Position numbers and translations under genes: made by a program. This document shows, one piece after another, positions 39,280 to 52,532 of a stretch of DNA of 64,000 nucleotides (positions are counted from its first letter, which is position 1; each line of letters begins with the position of its first letter). This DNA comes from the human T2T-CHM13v2.0 reference genome, Homo sapiens. The notes under the pieces are model-generated. The model was not told the origin of the DNA, ran no database searches, and saw only the letters and a program-made list of their open reading frames with translations. The DNA lies in the NCBI RefSeq assembly GCF_009914755.1, contig NC_060930.1. One strand, written 5' to 3'.

Positions 39280-39790
39280 GTTGGAAAGTATTCAACTGGA
39301 TATTATGAAATACTCAATACTGACTCAAAAGTGACTTAAACAATGAGAAATATTTATTTTCTCACCTAACAAAAAATCCAGAAGCCTCAGGATCCAGGCG
39401 TGGCTTATTCAGCAGCAGAGCACAGATACCCAGGTGCTTTCCCCTTTCTGCTTTGTTATTGTCAACCAGCGTGCAGCCTTTTATCCTTGGGCCTCCCCAT
39501 TTGGTGAATGCCAGTGGCCTTCTGCAGCTCAGACATCACATATGCCTCACATAACTGCAGAAAAACACATTCTCTCCTCCTGACAAAACCTGCCCCCATG
39601 AGCTCCCTAGCAAATGTCCCCTTATATCTCACACACCAGGATTATATCCCACTCCCATGCCTGTTAATCACAGACAAGAGGAAGGGATTGTAGCTTAAGC
39701 AAATCAGTATCCATAATCTGACTCTAGGGCTCTTCCAGCAAGAAAGAAAGTAGTCAGGGGAGAGGGTTAGGGGAAGCCAGTAATAGCATC
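39280..39790. mobile_element. Probable MaLR LTR (MLT1-type) nested in L2 sequence
   Basis: gtgacttaaacaatgagaaatatttattttctcacctaac...; strongly diverged, boundaries approximate. Confidence 0.45.
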
Positions 39791-40138
39791 TACTATGTTC
39801 CATCCTTAGCAGCCAGCCTCACCCACACACCTCAGGGCCCTGGAGTCATCACCACTCTCAGAAGTCAGTGCGTGTTTCATTTCTCCATGCACTCCCTTTC
39901 CCCTTACCACACGCCTGCAGTGCCTTTCTCTGCCTTTAGAAACACTCGACTCGTCCTATCTGTTAGGTCCAAGCTTCTGATGTACCAGTCAGCATGAATC
40001 TCCACAAGGCATGGTGTTTATCGTGCATCCCTCACTTTTGTTTCTTCTTGTCTGTGTTATGATTGTACATATGGCTTCTATTCCTGTAGATTACGTGGTC
40101 CCTATTTTAGTGAGCCTTGTCCCTCCCATAGCCCTTAA

Positions 40139-40333
<195 letters not shown>

Positions 40334-40448
40334 TGAGTTCAGAGTAATTTCACTGATAATGCTATTTTATTCATATTTAAATTACTAACAGTTACAATTA
40401 AACTTAGTATACTAAGTTTCATTTTATATATGGAAATTACTATTCTGA

Positions 40449-40632
40449 CAGCTTGCAAAATATGGTCTCTGGGCCGGCAATACCAGTGTCAACTGGGACC
40501 TTGTTAGAAATGCAAACTCTCAAACTCCTACCCCAGACCTACTGAATCAAAAGCTCTGGAGGTTGGGCCCAGCAATCTGTATTTTAATAAGCCCTCCAGG
40601 TTATGCTGAGGCATGCTCCAGTTTGAGACCTA
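40449..40632. mobile_element. MER5A (hAT-Charlie MITE)
   Basis: cttgttagaaatgcaaactctc...ccccagacctactgaatca...gggcccagcaatctgtattttaataagccctccagg...agtttgaga. Confidence 0.88.
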
Positions 40633-42421
40633 TTGTACGAATCTAAACCAGACCACAAAATATACCACCCCAAGATTCTTTTAGGGCTTTATCACTTGGA
40701 TAGTTCCATTACAGGGTAATGATCATGGTTATGCTGGAATTACTTACTTTGAGCTTCTCCTTGTTCATAATTTGATTTATTGGGTTGGGGGGCTAAGTCA
40801 TTGCTAAATGGCATGATTTAACAGACAGTGTCAAAATGACAGCAAAATTAGCAGAGAGCCCTCAGAGTCAGCATTTTCTGAAGTTTTCTCCTCATTTTCT
40901 TGCTACTGAGACAGTTCCCTTAGAAGATAGTTCAGTGGTACTTTTGTTAACAGTTCTTTAACTTGAAACATTTCAGTCTTTAAGCATGATTTGTACCATG
41001 TTATTTAATCCTCAACTAAATACAAATCTATCCCAAAATACACTCTTAACATGGATTTGTCTTTATGAAGATTCTTCACCTTGAGATATCAAATTCAGGA
41101 ACAAACATAAGCCAGATAAGCCAAAGGCGGCAGGCTGGGCACAGGTAGGGAAGCAACTAATCAATTCTATTAGATGGATGTGCCTTATCTTGCCTCGGCA
41201 GGATGGTGAGGTGGCAGTGGGTTAAATTTTATATCCATAACAATGTAACTTACTGAATCTTATAACCTTTAGGACCCAATTATTTGTCTTCTTTGACACT
41301 GGCCTTGAAGCTTAGCATACTATACTTGGCAAAATTTTGTTCTGCTGTCTTTCAAGAACCAACCTAAATGTCATTTATTCTTTGAAGCTTTTGTGGGACT
41401 GCTCCTCCCACCCCCCCGAATTAATTGCTTTTTCTCTGCTGCTGACTTAATACTTTTCTTTCCATCCTTCAGACACATCTGTTAAAGCCCACGGAATCCT
41501 TTAAGAGTTTGTTTGATTTTTAATTTTTTTATAACTGAAGGAATAGGTGAATGTGTTTTCAATGTAAAAGATTCAAGAAAAACCAACACAAACATATAGC
41601 AAAATGGGAAATCGCTGTTAATGATTTGCTTTCAAGGCTTTTTTCCCAAATAGAATGCTACTCTTCAGGAGCGATACCTGGGCCTTATTTTGTTATAGCT
41701 TCAATGTCTAACGCAGCCCATAATATATAGTCTGCCCCTCAATTAGTGATGGTTAAATGAATGGAGAAAATCTCGACTCATCTCCATGTGATTTACAGAT
41801 ACTATTGTTTGCTCTTTTTAAACTTCTGAAATTTATATTCAGTTAGTGAGGTGGTTTATAAGCATTCGATCCGAACTGTACATATTGTTATACCCGTCCC
41901 AGTGTGATTTTCTCTCCCGTTAATGCTAGTTTCTTCTTTAATAGGCTCTGAATGAAAGTTGGGTAAATTTTGTAAGGTATAAAATATATTTTTTTTATAA
42001 AGATACTGCTCAAGGAAGATTCCGTTCATGTTTCAGTGCACAAATAGAAATAAATACGTCAGTTTTCATCATCAAATAATATGATGGAATCTACTAAAAG
42101 TTGTGATTTGAAATTTCTTTATAAATAGATTATTGTCAGTCCAATCTTTAAAGGTCAAGGGATAGGTAAAATCATGAAGTAGTACGAAGAAAGTTTGAAA
42201 ATCAAAGTTATAAATGCTCATAAAGTGTCAGATGTTCTACAAAGGCTTAAAAAAGTTTCCTTATTATTTTCCCACTCCCTATTCCCCAGAGGCAACTAAT
42301 TTTTATTCCTTTAGCTGTTTCTTCCATTTGTCTTAATAGCATGCTTTCTTTTTTCTGTTTTCTGTGTTTCATTTTTAGATAGTACTGTAACCGCTAACTT
42401 CTTACTTAAATGATGATAATA

Positions 42422-42632
42422 CAGACTGAGTGTCTCTTATCTGAAATGCTTGTGACCAGAAGTGTTTCAATATTTGGGATTCTTTTTTGAATATTTGTAT
42501 TATACTTGCAGTTTTACATCCCTAATCTGAAATTCAAAATGTTCCAATGAGCATTTCTTTTGAGCATGTTGGTGCTGAAAAAGTTTCAAATTTTGGAGCA
42601 TTTCAAATTATGGATTGCAGTTACTCAACCTG
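42422..42632. mobile_element. Tigger4/MER46-like MITE
   Basis: Ends cagactgagt ... actcaacctg with TA flanks; internal gaaatgcttgtgaccagaagtgtttc and ccaatgagcatttcttttgagcat. Confidence 0.8.
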
Positions 42633-42647
42633 TATACTCTGTCACCA

Positions 42648-42655
42648 AACACACA

Positions 42656-42690
<35 letters not shown>
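42648..42690. repeat. (CA)n microsatellite
   Basis: Read directly from the sequence. Confidence 0.95.
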
Positions 42691-42692
<2 letters not shown>

Positions 42693-42756
42693 ACTCATGT
42701 ACTTAGACACACACTTTTCCTTGCCCCACTTTCTTTATTTAATTTTATCATAATTG

Positions 42757-43156
42757 GTGTCTTTGTCTGTTTTCTGTTGTTATAAAAAATACTTATGAGT
42801 GGGTAATTTATAAAGGAAAGAGGTTTATTTAGCTCATGGTTCTGGAAGCTGGGAAGTTCAAGTTTGGGTGGCCACACTGGTTGGCTTCTGGTGAGGGCCT
42901 CATGCTGCATAATGGCATGGCAGAGAAGTGAAAGGAGAATTGAGTGTGTGCAAAAAGAAAGGAGGGATGAAGGAGGCTGACTCACTTCATAACAACCCAC
43001 TCTCTCAAGAATGTATCCATTCCCATGAGAACTAATACAGTCTCAGTAATTGATTTTAATAACCTAATCAACTCTTAAAGGTACCACCTCCCAATACTAT
43101 CAAAACTCATGTTGAGCCCAAGCCTCAACATGAGTTTTGCTGGGGACAAACCACAG
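42757..43156 (-). mobile_element. MaLR solo LTR (MST-like)
   Basis: gggtaatttataaaggaaagaggtttatttagctcatggttctgg...tctggtgagggcctc...caacatgagttttg. Confidence 0.8.
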
Positions 43157-43159
43157 GAG

Positions 43160-45290
43160 TTGGTTAGATCAATATTTAGTGTTTGCTTCATCCTAACCAT
43201 GTAAATATTGACAACTGTGTTAGATCGTATACTGTGATTACATTTTCTTTCTATAGAATTTTTTGTTTTCCTTGGTGTTAATTATTGTCCCCTTTTTCAT
43301 TTGCTTTGTTTTCTGCATTCCTTTCACTGACTTATCTCCTAAATCTCCAGTAAGGATATAAATTTCCTTTCAGTTTGTTCAAGTATTCTCAGTTTTTTTT
43401 CTTCTTGGACACACCTCTCACCAGCATCTGACCAGCTCCAGTGTGACCTCTAGGCCCATTCCACTGCTGTTGTCTGGGATCTCCCTTCATCATCTGCTGG
43501 GGGATTCCCTTCACCTCGTCTCTGTGTCATTTTTCTGTTTCCATTGGCCCATGTTGGTCTTAGTTTATGCCCCTGTTTTGGTGGAGCACCTTCTTGAATT
43601 GCTTCCTGAGAAAGACAGTTTGGAAAACAAGTTTCTGTAACTGTTGCATATCTTTCATTTGGATTAATAGTGTCACTAGGTATAGAATTGTAGGTTGCTC
43701 TTCATTGTACCTTAGCATTTTGATAGCTTTCCTCCATTATCTTCTAGCTTCCGGTGTTGCTATGAGAATCTGATGTTGACTTGAGTCTTTCTTTTGTTTC
43801 TGACTTGCTTTTGTTTTCCTGCTCCTGGAAGCATTTGGGATCTTCTCTGCATTCCCAGTGTACTAAAATTTTATGATGATATGTGCCCTGAGGTGGGTTT
43901 TTTATTTTTTAATTTTTTTAAAAAACCAATTTGCTTGACACTCATAAGCCATTTCAATCTGGAAACTCATGTCCTTTGTTGCTGAATTTTTAAAAATTAT
44001 TTCTTTCATAATTTCTTCCTTTTTTCTCTGTACTTTTTTTCTTAAACTTCTATTATTATTATTATTTGAGATAGCATCTCACTCTGTCACCCAGGCTATA
44101 GTGCAGTGGCGTGATCATGGCTCACTGCAACTTTGACCTTCCAGGCTCAGGTGATACTCCTACCTCAGACTCTTGATTAGCTGGGACTACAGGCATGGAC
44201 CACCCCTCCCAGCTAATTTTTGTATTTTTTGTAGGGATGGGGTTTTGCCATGCTGACCAGGCTGGTCTCGAACTCCCAGGGTCAAGCAGTCTGCCCACCT
44301 CAGCCTCCCAAAGTGCTGGGATTATAGGCATGAACTACCATGCCCAGGCCATTACTCAGATTTTTTATTTCCTCTGTTAATCCACTAATTTCTACCTTTT
44401 CTCTCCTATTTTTTAATTCTTTATATTCCCTTTGTTTTTCTGGGAGATTTCCTCAGTTGTATCTTCCAACCTTGAGTTTTCTACTTCTGCTATCACATTT
44501 TGCTATTATTCATGTTGGTGGATGCAATATTTTTTCTCTTCCGTGTTGAAAAGGAATGGGGGCACCGAAGAGCTTCTTGGAAATTTGTGGGTAGAGCTTG
44601 TCGACTGGTGGGCTTCAATGTAGGGTGGTCTTCCTGGACCATTTTGTTGCGGGGAGAGGGTATCCCTGACTCTCAGAATCTTTAGGTCCTTTCTGTTGAG
44701 CTTTGGAAACTTTGATCTCCTGCCTAGCAGGTATAAACCTGCCTGTCTGATTCTGGCATGCAGAGGGAGAAAAAGTCCCGGGGATGTCACTGCTCACTGT
44801 GCAGGCTTTCTTGAGCTTCCCTGTTTCGTGATCCTCACTCAGCTCAGCTGCATTTGGAGTCCCCCAGCTCAGCTTCTTTGGTTCATTCTTTCCAGAGAGT
44901 GAACTTGGGTGTTGGGATGGGCATCATTGGCTCTGTGGTTTAGGGAGAGGATCCGATGAATTTTTGAATGGGCTTCACAAAGAAGAGAACCTTCCTGTCT
45001 TCATTTCCCCTTCACTTCCACTTGCAGAGGTGCCCGCGTCTCCTCATTCTGGAGCCAGCACAAATCAAATGCTTCTGGGTCTCCCCGACTGTTGGCTTAG
45101 GTTTCAGCTTTCTCTGATCTATTAAGTCAATTTTCACACATAACTAGTGTATTTTGGCTTCCAAATTTTATTGTTTTTGCCTTTTCTCCCCTGTAGGGCT
45201 TATGCTTTCTTTTATAAATCCTTTGTTATTATTTTAATGGCGATTCAGGGGAGCTAAGTGGATATTCAGTCTGCCAGCTTTAAATGAGAC
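43160..45290 (-). mobile_element. Highly decayed L1M fragments, interrupted by an Alu
   Basis: T-rich antisense L1-like text (gtatagaattgtaggttg, ctccattatcttctagcttcc, aaattttatgatgatatgtgcc); boundaries approximate. Confidence 0.5.
44051..44350 (-). mobile_element. AluJ-like element with (TAT)n tail
   Basis: Antisense Alu body. Confidence 0.9.
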
Positions 45291-46124
45291 AAGTTGTCTG
45301 TGATACTTCCTACTTAGCTCATTTCATTGACTCCTTCTCCCCTTCCATTTCCCAAGTTTCAGCATATTCTCCTTCTGAAAACTCTCCCAGAGCATACTCT
45401 CTGCCTTTTGGAACCAAACTCAGGTTTAGCTGCTTGCCCCTCAAAAAGTCAAACGCATGAGAAGCAAAGTTTGGTTTATGCAAGTGCCGACAGCTTGGGA
45501 GATGGCCAGACTCAAGTCGCAAAAAGCCATCTCAAATTTTCAGGCTGGCTAAAGGGGTTTTAAGGTGAAAGGCGGCATGAAAACTATGCACAGGAGTGGT
45601 GTGGGGTGCAGGTCTGTTGGTTGTTTTCTGATGACTATCTTGAGTAATGGACCATTTGGAGGTCTGGTTGGTTTCCTCTTGGCAGGGGTTAGGTTATGGA
45701 TTAACTGTGTACCAATTTCTACTTGGAAGGGAGAAAATTGTACCACCACCTCTGTTTTATGCCTGGATTGTTTCAAGATTACCCTTTGGAATTCTCAAGC
45801 AGAGCAAGTGGTTATATATATATATAAAACAAGAAACAAAGGGAGAGGGGTTACTTTTAGAGTAAGCTAGCAAACTGGCTGTACCAGTTACATTTTCATC
45901 TTTCATTCTTAATGTGTGCGTGCCTCGATTTTCTCACGTGAATATGATAATGATATTCCACATTCCTTTCTGTTTCCTAAGGGCGGTAACTCAAATCTGC
46001 TTTTAAAAATGCTTCTGAATGGTTACTGTATATGTAGCAATCTCCATATTTATATTTTGACTGATTCTTGCTGGAACTTATTTACAGTAAAAACAACAGA
46101 TCTGTGTCTTGGTTTGAAATGCAG

Positions 46125-46557
46125 GAAATGGTCAACAAGAGGCTCAGAGTCCCATGAGCTTAATGAAGGAGGAGATGAAAAGAAAAAGCGAGATTCTCGG
46201 AAAAGTAGTGGCTTTCTCAATTTAATCAAATCCCGGTCCAAATCCGAGCGACCACCAACGATCTTGATGACAGAAGAACCCTCCTCACCAAAAGGGGCAG
46301 TCAGAAGTCCACCTGTGGACTGTCCCAGGAAGGACACAAAGGCCGCCGAGCACAATGGCAATTCTGAACGGATAGAGGAGATAAAAACACCTGACTCCTT
46401 TGAAGAGAGTCAAGGGGAAGAAATAGGGAAGGTGGAACGGAGTGACAGCAAGAGCAGCCCACAGGCAGGGCGGAGGTATGGGGTCCAGGTGATGGGCAGT
46501 GGTCTGCTGGCAGAGATGAAAGCCAAGCAAGAGAAGAGAGCTGCGTGTGCACAGAAG
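46125..46557 (+). CDS. CARMIL1: CARMIL1 coding exon, 433 nt, phase 2/0, including the basic-hydrophobic membrane-binding segment KKKRDSRKSSGFLNLIKSRSK
   Basis: Acceptor gaaatgcag|G and donor CAGAAG|gtaagg; forms the core of ORF 45916-46596 (KWSTRGSES...RAACAQK); frame matches both neighbouring exons. Confidence 0.95.
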
Positions 46558-46574
46558 GTAAGGGTGGACCTATT

Positions 46575-46900
46575 TTTAATTCATTCATTTATTTGATATA
46601 TAATAGATGCACACATTTTCATGGTGCATGTGATATTTTTATGTATGTCTATCACCTTAAACATTTAACTTTCCTTTATGCTGGGAATATTCAAATTACT
46701 CTCTTCTAGCTATTTTGAAATTGACAATAGATTGTTGTTAACTAGAGCTACCCTACTGATCTGTCCAATACTAGGTCTTGTTTCTTCTATCAGCTGTGTT
46801 TTTTGTACCCATTTTGTACCTCTTTTCATCTCCCCCCATGTCCCCACACTTCCTGCCCTCTGGTAACCCCCAATCTACTCCTTGTCTTCGTGAGATAAGT
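46575..46900 (-). mobile_element. L1 3' end (L1MA/L1PB-like), starting immediately after the exon donor
   Basis: ctatcaccttaaacattt...aaattactctcttctagctattttgaaat...ccctactgatct...ctctggtaacc. Confidence 0.7.
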
Positions 46901-48377
46901 GGGGGTTCATTTTTGACTTGGTTGTCCTTGTTTGTGTTTTTGCCCTCACTGGGTTTATTTGGGTGAGAAAATAAAAATAGCCTGTTGGTTAAATAGAAAT
47001 CCAAAACCATAACTTATTGCTAAAGAACCTGGAGCACAGACCCTAAAGAAATGGCCATGTTCTCACTTTGGCCTGAGGGTCACAGTCTTGTGGAGTGCCG
47101 GCATTCTAACATAGGCTTTGAAGACTCCGGTCTTTCCCCACCTGCCCAGGGGCCTCCTGTGCATGTTGTGGAAGCATGTCAGAGATGTTCCGGGGCCAGG
47201 TGAAATGCTCACATCTGGGGGAAAAGACAGTCGGCTGAATCCAGATGGAAGACTGAGGGTAATATTGAAGATAGGTGAACTAACAGAGGGAAATAAAAAC
47301 ACTGAAACTAGATTATATATAAAAATGGGAACTATTTTCTAACTTATTCCCTTTTCAAACCTAAAAATTATTCTCTTTTTAAACCTAAGAATGCCTTGCT
47401 ATATTCCAGATTTAAAAGACAAAGACAAAAGAAAAAACACTCAAGGTATTCTATTAGAATTAACTGAATATTTGACCATTGATATATATCATCTGTTGCT
47501 ACAGAGAATAACTTCATAGTTTAAAATTTGCTGAGTTCCCCCAAAATCTGACTTAAAACATTATTTATTCTTCAAACCTCCTTTTAAAGTATAAGGAGTC
47601 TTTTTCACTTTTCTTTTTACCCCTGTTTTCTCTTGTCACTCACTACATGAAGGATTGTATCTGTGTGATAAGATGAACATACCTATGTTTAAGTCAGGTT
47701 GTGGTTTCTGTGCATTATCTTGAGCTCCATTATTTTTACACAACTGGTTCTCCAAGAAAGGAAATCACATGTCTATTTTATTTGAAGTATCACAATAAAA
47801 CAGTTCATCCCGGTGAGCCCTTGACTTTCAGAAAGTAAACAATTAACTACATGGCAGGTGTAGGGAGCTCTTTTATATGGCTTCTAAACAACCAATGTTT
47901 AAAAATTAAACTCCACTTCCCACCTGATCTTACAACTATTTACCAAAGTTCTCCCACCAACATCAACATTATTTAGCAATTCTTTAATTGCAGAACCCTC
48001 CTAATTCACTGAGCAACCCTTAGAGTTGGGAGAGACCACAGAACTATATCCTGCTCACTCAACAAAGGAGGCATGGTGTGGCCCTCACTGGTCAGAATTC
48101 TGGATAATACTACAACCATGTCATTAGTGAGTCAGATGCCCAAAGAAATGTTAAAATTTTAATCCATGTTGTGAATTTCTTTATAACAATGAATGTGCGG
48201 TTTTGATTAATATGCTGTTTATGTTTTTCATGATTAACAGTTTCTTTTTGGTGTAAAGATGACATTTACTAGAGTGTTTTATTCGTGTACTTTGGATTTG
48301 ATATATAAATCGACTTAAAGTGACAAAACCCTTATGGTTTTATATTTGTTTAGGGCTTACACAGTATTAATGATCTG

Positions 48378-48396
48378 TTAGCGCCATCTAGTGTCA
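48378..48396 (-). promoter_or_regulatory. Candidate CTCF motif (minus strand TGACACTAGATGGCGCTAA)
   Basis: One mismatch from CCACTAGATGGCGCTA; isolated retained CpG in AT-rich DNA. Confidence 0.6.
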
Positions 48397-49889
48397 CTTT
48401 AAAACAACCATTGTTAAAAATTCTTGCTATTTAAAATTCAGACCAGTCATGGGTCTTCTGTCAAAATCATTAAATAATGAAGTTTTTCAAAAATTAGCTT
48501 TAGAACATGTTTTTTCTAAAGTACCATGACTGTATTCTTTCTAAAGGTAGCAACAATAGCATCAATGATCAATATACTGTTGATAAAATATATGATGTCT
48601 TCACCCTCCTATAAGTAATTCTCTTTGCGTTGCTGGCATTTGAGATATATACATATAAATATGTTTAAAGAAAAAGAACTGTGAGTATGAAGATATGACA
48701 CTTTTCATTTATTGACAAAAGAGAGAAATAAGCAGTGAATACTTAGAGTTCATATATTTTCCTCTGGGGCCTCCAAGTCATCTGTCCACACACAAAGGCA
48801 ATGGGCATTGTATTATTTTATCCTTATTCCCCACAGTCACTTTGGGATTTATAAATAACTTTAAAAATCTGGGAGGGAAAAGAGAACAACTCCCAGGATT
48901 GCTTTAGAGATGCAGGCAAATGGGGTGCCCCGGGTACAGAATTTAAGGAGGTCCTCACTTTCAGGTGCCTGCCATGCACTTGGAGGAACCTGAAAGGGAA
49001 GGATGTGAAAGGGGACTTCATGGATGGTCCCCAGCCCTGTCCTGCAGACACTTGTCCTGGGCACAGAGGGCTGGCATGGGACTTCCTTTTTAGGGGATCA
49101 CTTTTCCATAGTGATGCCGAATAGTGTGCTTGTGTTAGCTGCAGTGCTTGTATACACATTTCCTCCTGGAGATCTGTTCAGCACCTTGCATTCATGACAG
49201 TGGAACTTTTGTCATCTTCCTGAGAAATTCCTCAGCCTTCCTGCCACTTGGGTGCTTCCTTCTGATAGAGCCAGCACTCCTGGGGAGTGTGTGACTGGGG
49301 TAGGTTGATGAATTCAGGGAATGAGGCTTATCTCACCTGCATTTCAAATAATACTTCCTGTATCATCAAACACAGTTTAAAGTTAGGAATTGGCTGCAGA
49401 GCTTTTTAGGTTTGTCAGAAGCATGGGATGAGCAGGAACCAGCAGTCTGAAGGTCAGACTGCCTTGGGAATCATCATGCCTGCTGGTCTACTGGTCCACA
49501 GTGTTTTTGCTTGTTAGACAGGCAGTAGATGTAGACCATCTTTGTCAATATAATTCTTAGATGTTATGAAGTAAACACCAGACTTTGCTTTGTATATCTT
49601 TTTTTTGTATCTAAATGCCTCAGTCTAGTGTAGACTTTCTAAACTTTCTACTCCTACCCCAAGACAGTGGCATTTTACTTTCCCCATCATCACCATCACT
49701 AATTCCTCCCACCTGCAGATTTTTAAAAAATTTATTCGGTCCTGTTCATCTGTATTTACCTCCTAAATAATAGATCTGTGTCATGTGGTTCTACCTCAAA
49801 GCAAGGAAGACCCTGCCTATTTCAGGACCCCTTTCACCTGTATTATCATTGAGGTTGGAAAGGTTTCTGCTGCTTTGAAAATTATATAT

Positions 49890-50195
49890 ATATTTTTAAA
49901 TAGATAAGGTCTCGCTCTGTCACCCAGGCTGGAGTGCATTGGCACGCTTTTATAGTTCAGTGCAGCTTTGAACTCCTGGGGTTGGTCAGGTGATCCTCCT
50001 GCCTCAGCCTCCTGAGTAGCTGGGACTTCAGATGCATGCCATCATGCCTGACTAATTTTTCTATTTTTTGCAGAGATGGGGGGTCTCACTATGTTGCCTA
50101 GGCTGGTCTCAAGCTCGTGACCTCAAACAATTCTCCCATCTCAGTTTCCCAAAGTGCTGAGATAGATTACAGGCATGAGCCACTGCACCCAGCCA
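49890..50195 (-). mobile_element. AluJ-like element
   Basis: Diverged antisense Alu after a (TA)n/T-rich tail. Confidence 0.88.
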
Positions 50196-50622
50196 AAACT
50201 AGATTTTTGGAAACCAAACCTAGAGCAGATTCTGTACATTTCTAGCATGCAAGGGCCCTCATCACATAAAGCATCAGGGGCTGCAGAGCCTGCATAGATG
50301 TTCAACAAGAAAAACAGTAAAGGTCACCAAGCCCACTGACTTTCCCTGGCCCCATGCACCTCTCACCTGTGAGGAGCCTTCCGAGGAACCAAACCGGCCA
50401 CACTTTGGACCCCAGAGTCCTGACCGTAAACACAGAATAGAATGTGTTTCTCACAGTTTTGTCCCAGCCAGAGAGCCTATGGAGACAGGTCAGGCACAGT
50501 CACCATAACAGCAGCTGAGTTAAAGAGCCCTTCTTTGCTGTCATTTATTATCTGCATTGTTTTTTCACTTTTGCATTAAATAAATGTGCACTTTTTGGGG
50601 GGATGGTGCTTGAATTTTTTAG

Positions 50623-50704
50623 AAGCTTGGGAATGATGCCGTATCCCAGGATTCTTCCAGCCCAGCTTTGAGCAGCGTAGAACGGTCGGATGGAGGTGGG
50701 GCAG
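50623..50704 (+). CDS. CARMIL1: CARMIL1 coding exon, 82 nt, phase 0/1 (KLGNDAVSQDSSSPALSSVERSDGGGA)
   Basis: Acceptor aattttttag|AAG and donor GCAG|gtaagt; frame continuity with flanking exons. Confidence 0.93.
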
Positions 50705-51866
50705 GTAAGTCAGGCCATTGCCATCACCCCCTTAGGAAAAGCGCTTACCTTCTGATTGCAGAGTCACATGATTGACAGAAGAAAAATTTAAACAGGGAGG
50801 CAAGAACTGATCTCTTTGTTGTGTGTTCTCAGCTATCATCTGAAAGACCATATCCCTTCACCTGCCTTATCTTCCCCTGGGGCACATCCTGCCCCTCTGT
50901 AGCATTGTGCCTGGACAGGGCACTTTTTGATTTCCCAAAGGGAGGAAATTCTGACGGTTTTTTCATTGCAAACTCCTCAGCTTTGAGCATTTTGGAAAAG
51001 TTGGGGGTGGGGGCAGCATACAGGATCATGGCTGATGTATTTAAGAATAAGCCATGCATGACATATGGAAGATGGGTGGCTGTCTTGTTTGGTATGAACA
51101 ATATGCTTCGCTTGCAGCTTGAATATGCATGAAATCCAATATCCCTTGTCCCTCTGACTTCTTAGGTATAATAAGAAAATACCTTAGATGAAAACTAGAG
51201 AGTAATGCGTTAACTGTGTGATAGAATCCTCACTTTGCTATTTGAGAGTCTTATGCATAGCTACAGTATCTTGGTGCAGTAAGAGTTGGATGATAAATCA
51301 CATTTTATGGGCTTATTTTTGCCAGTTGTCTTGTTAAATTAAGGCAGCAGTATGGATGGAGGTGGGGGATGAGATGACATTTCTGGAGCTGTTCTCACTA
51401 AACATGAGATTGCAGCCGTCAGCATCACCCTCCTCACTCAGAACCTGTAGCCAGAGCCCTAACTGCTTATTGTCCAGAACCAAGGCACTTACATTTGGTT
51501 ATACCTGTACCTTGTGCCAGATCTGAGAAAGACCCAAATATTTCAAGTGCATGAAGAACCACTGTTTTCCTTGTATGTGATTACGGCACTGTACATTATT
51601 AAATATAAAAGCTTGTCATCGCTGGAATAGTCAGGGGTGATCAGAAAACAACCAAAAAGTTTATTGCTTTTCTACAAAGAACGTCACTCTTCCTCCAGCA
51701 TGTTTTGATTTTAAAACATGCTAGAACAGCATATTCTTAAAATACTCTTAAAACATCCATGATGAGAAACGATGGCAAATGATTACAGCAGTTTGTACCA
51801 GACTTCTAGCTTCAAGTTATTGGCTTCTTTGACCTTTGATTTTTAAAGTGGCCTTTTTCATCTTAG

Positions 51867-52079
51867 TGCCTAAACTGCACCCAGGTCTTCCAGAGAACCG
51901 CTTTGGTTTGGGAACACCAGAAAAGAATACCAAAGCAGAACCCAAAGCGGAAGCAGGCTCCAGGTCTCGGAGCTCATCCAGCACACCTACGAGCCCGAAG
52001 CCCCTCCTGCAGTCCCCCAAACCCAGTCTGGCAGCACGGCCCGTCATCCCGCAGAAACCAAGAACCGCCTCACGGCCTG
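51867..52079 (+). CDS. CARMIL1: CARMIL1 coding exon, 213 nt, phase 1/1, proline-rich (VPKLHPGLPENRF...PVIPQKPRTASRP)
   Basis: Acceptor tttttcatcttag|TG and donor CCTG|gtaaga; core of ORF 51836-52249. Confidence 0.94.
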
Positions 52080-52532
52080 GTAAGAGTTTTGCAGTTAGGG
52101 AGTTGCATTGTGACCAGGTGGCTTCCCAGAGCCAGCTGGATCAGACTCTGCAGGTGGTTTCAGGGGCAGCTGGTGAGCGAGGTACAGCGGCTTCTGCAGG
52201 AGGGGATCACAAGAAACCTATGCAAAGCTGTGAAAGTGATGAGAGCTGACGGATTTTTTTATTTAATGCAGAGGCCCACCATGTGTGAGAGTTGGGGACT
52301 CTGAGACTGTCCTTGCTTTCAGGGGTACAGGTTAGTTTGTAGGCAAGACAGGGAAATCAGTCTTTTGTCATGTTGACCCATCTGTAGTGCTCGGCTTGGC
52401 TTTCTAATATCTGTCTCCAGGGCGTTCAGACATTTTGAAAAGCAGCAGTTTAAGGAGGAAGGCTACAAATGGGGAAAGCACAAGCTCTGTGGTGTTTATG
52501 CCATATTCTATGATATAACAAGGGTTTAGAAC

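Noticed and set aside
45916-46596. 226-aa ORF as a stand-alone gene
   Set aside because: It is the 433-nt CARMIL1 exon plus stop-free intronic flanks; it starts at a non-ATG codon and has clear splice sites inside.
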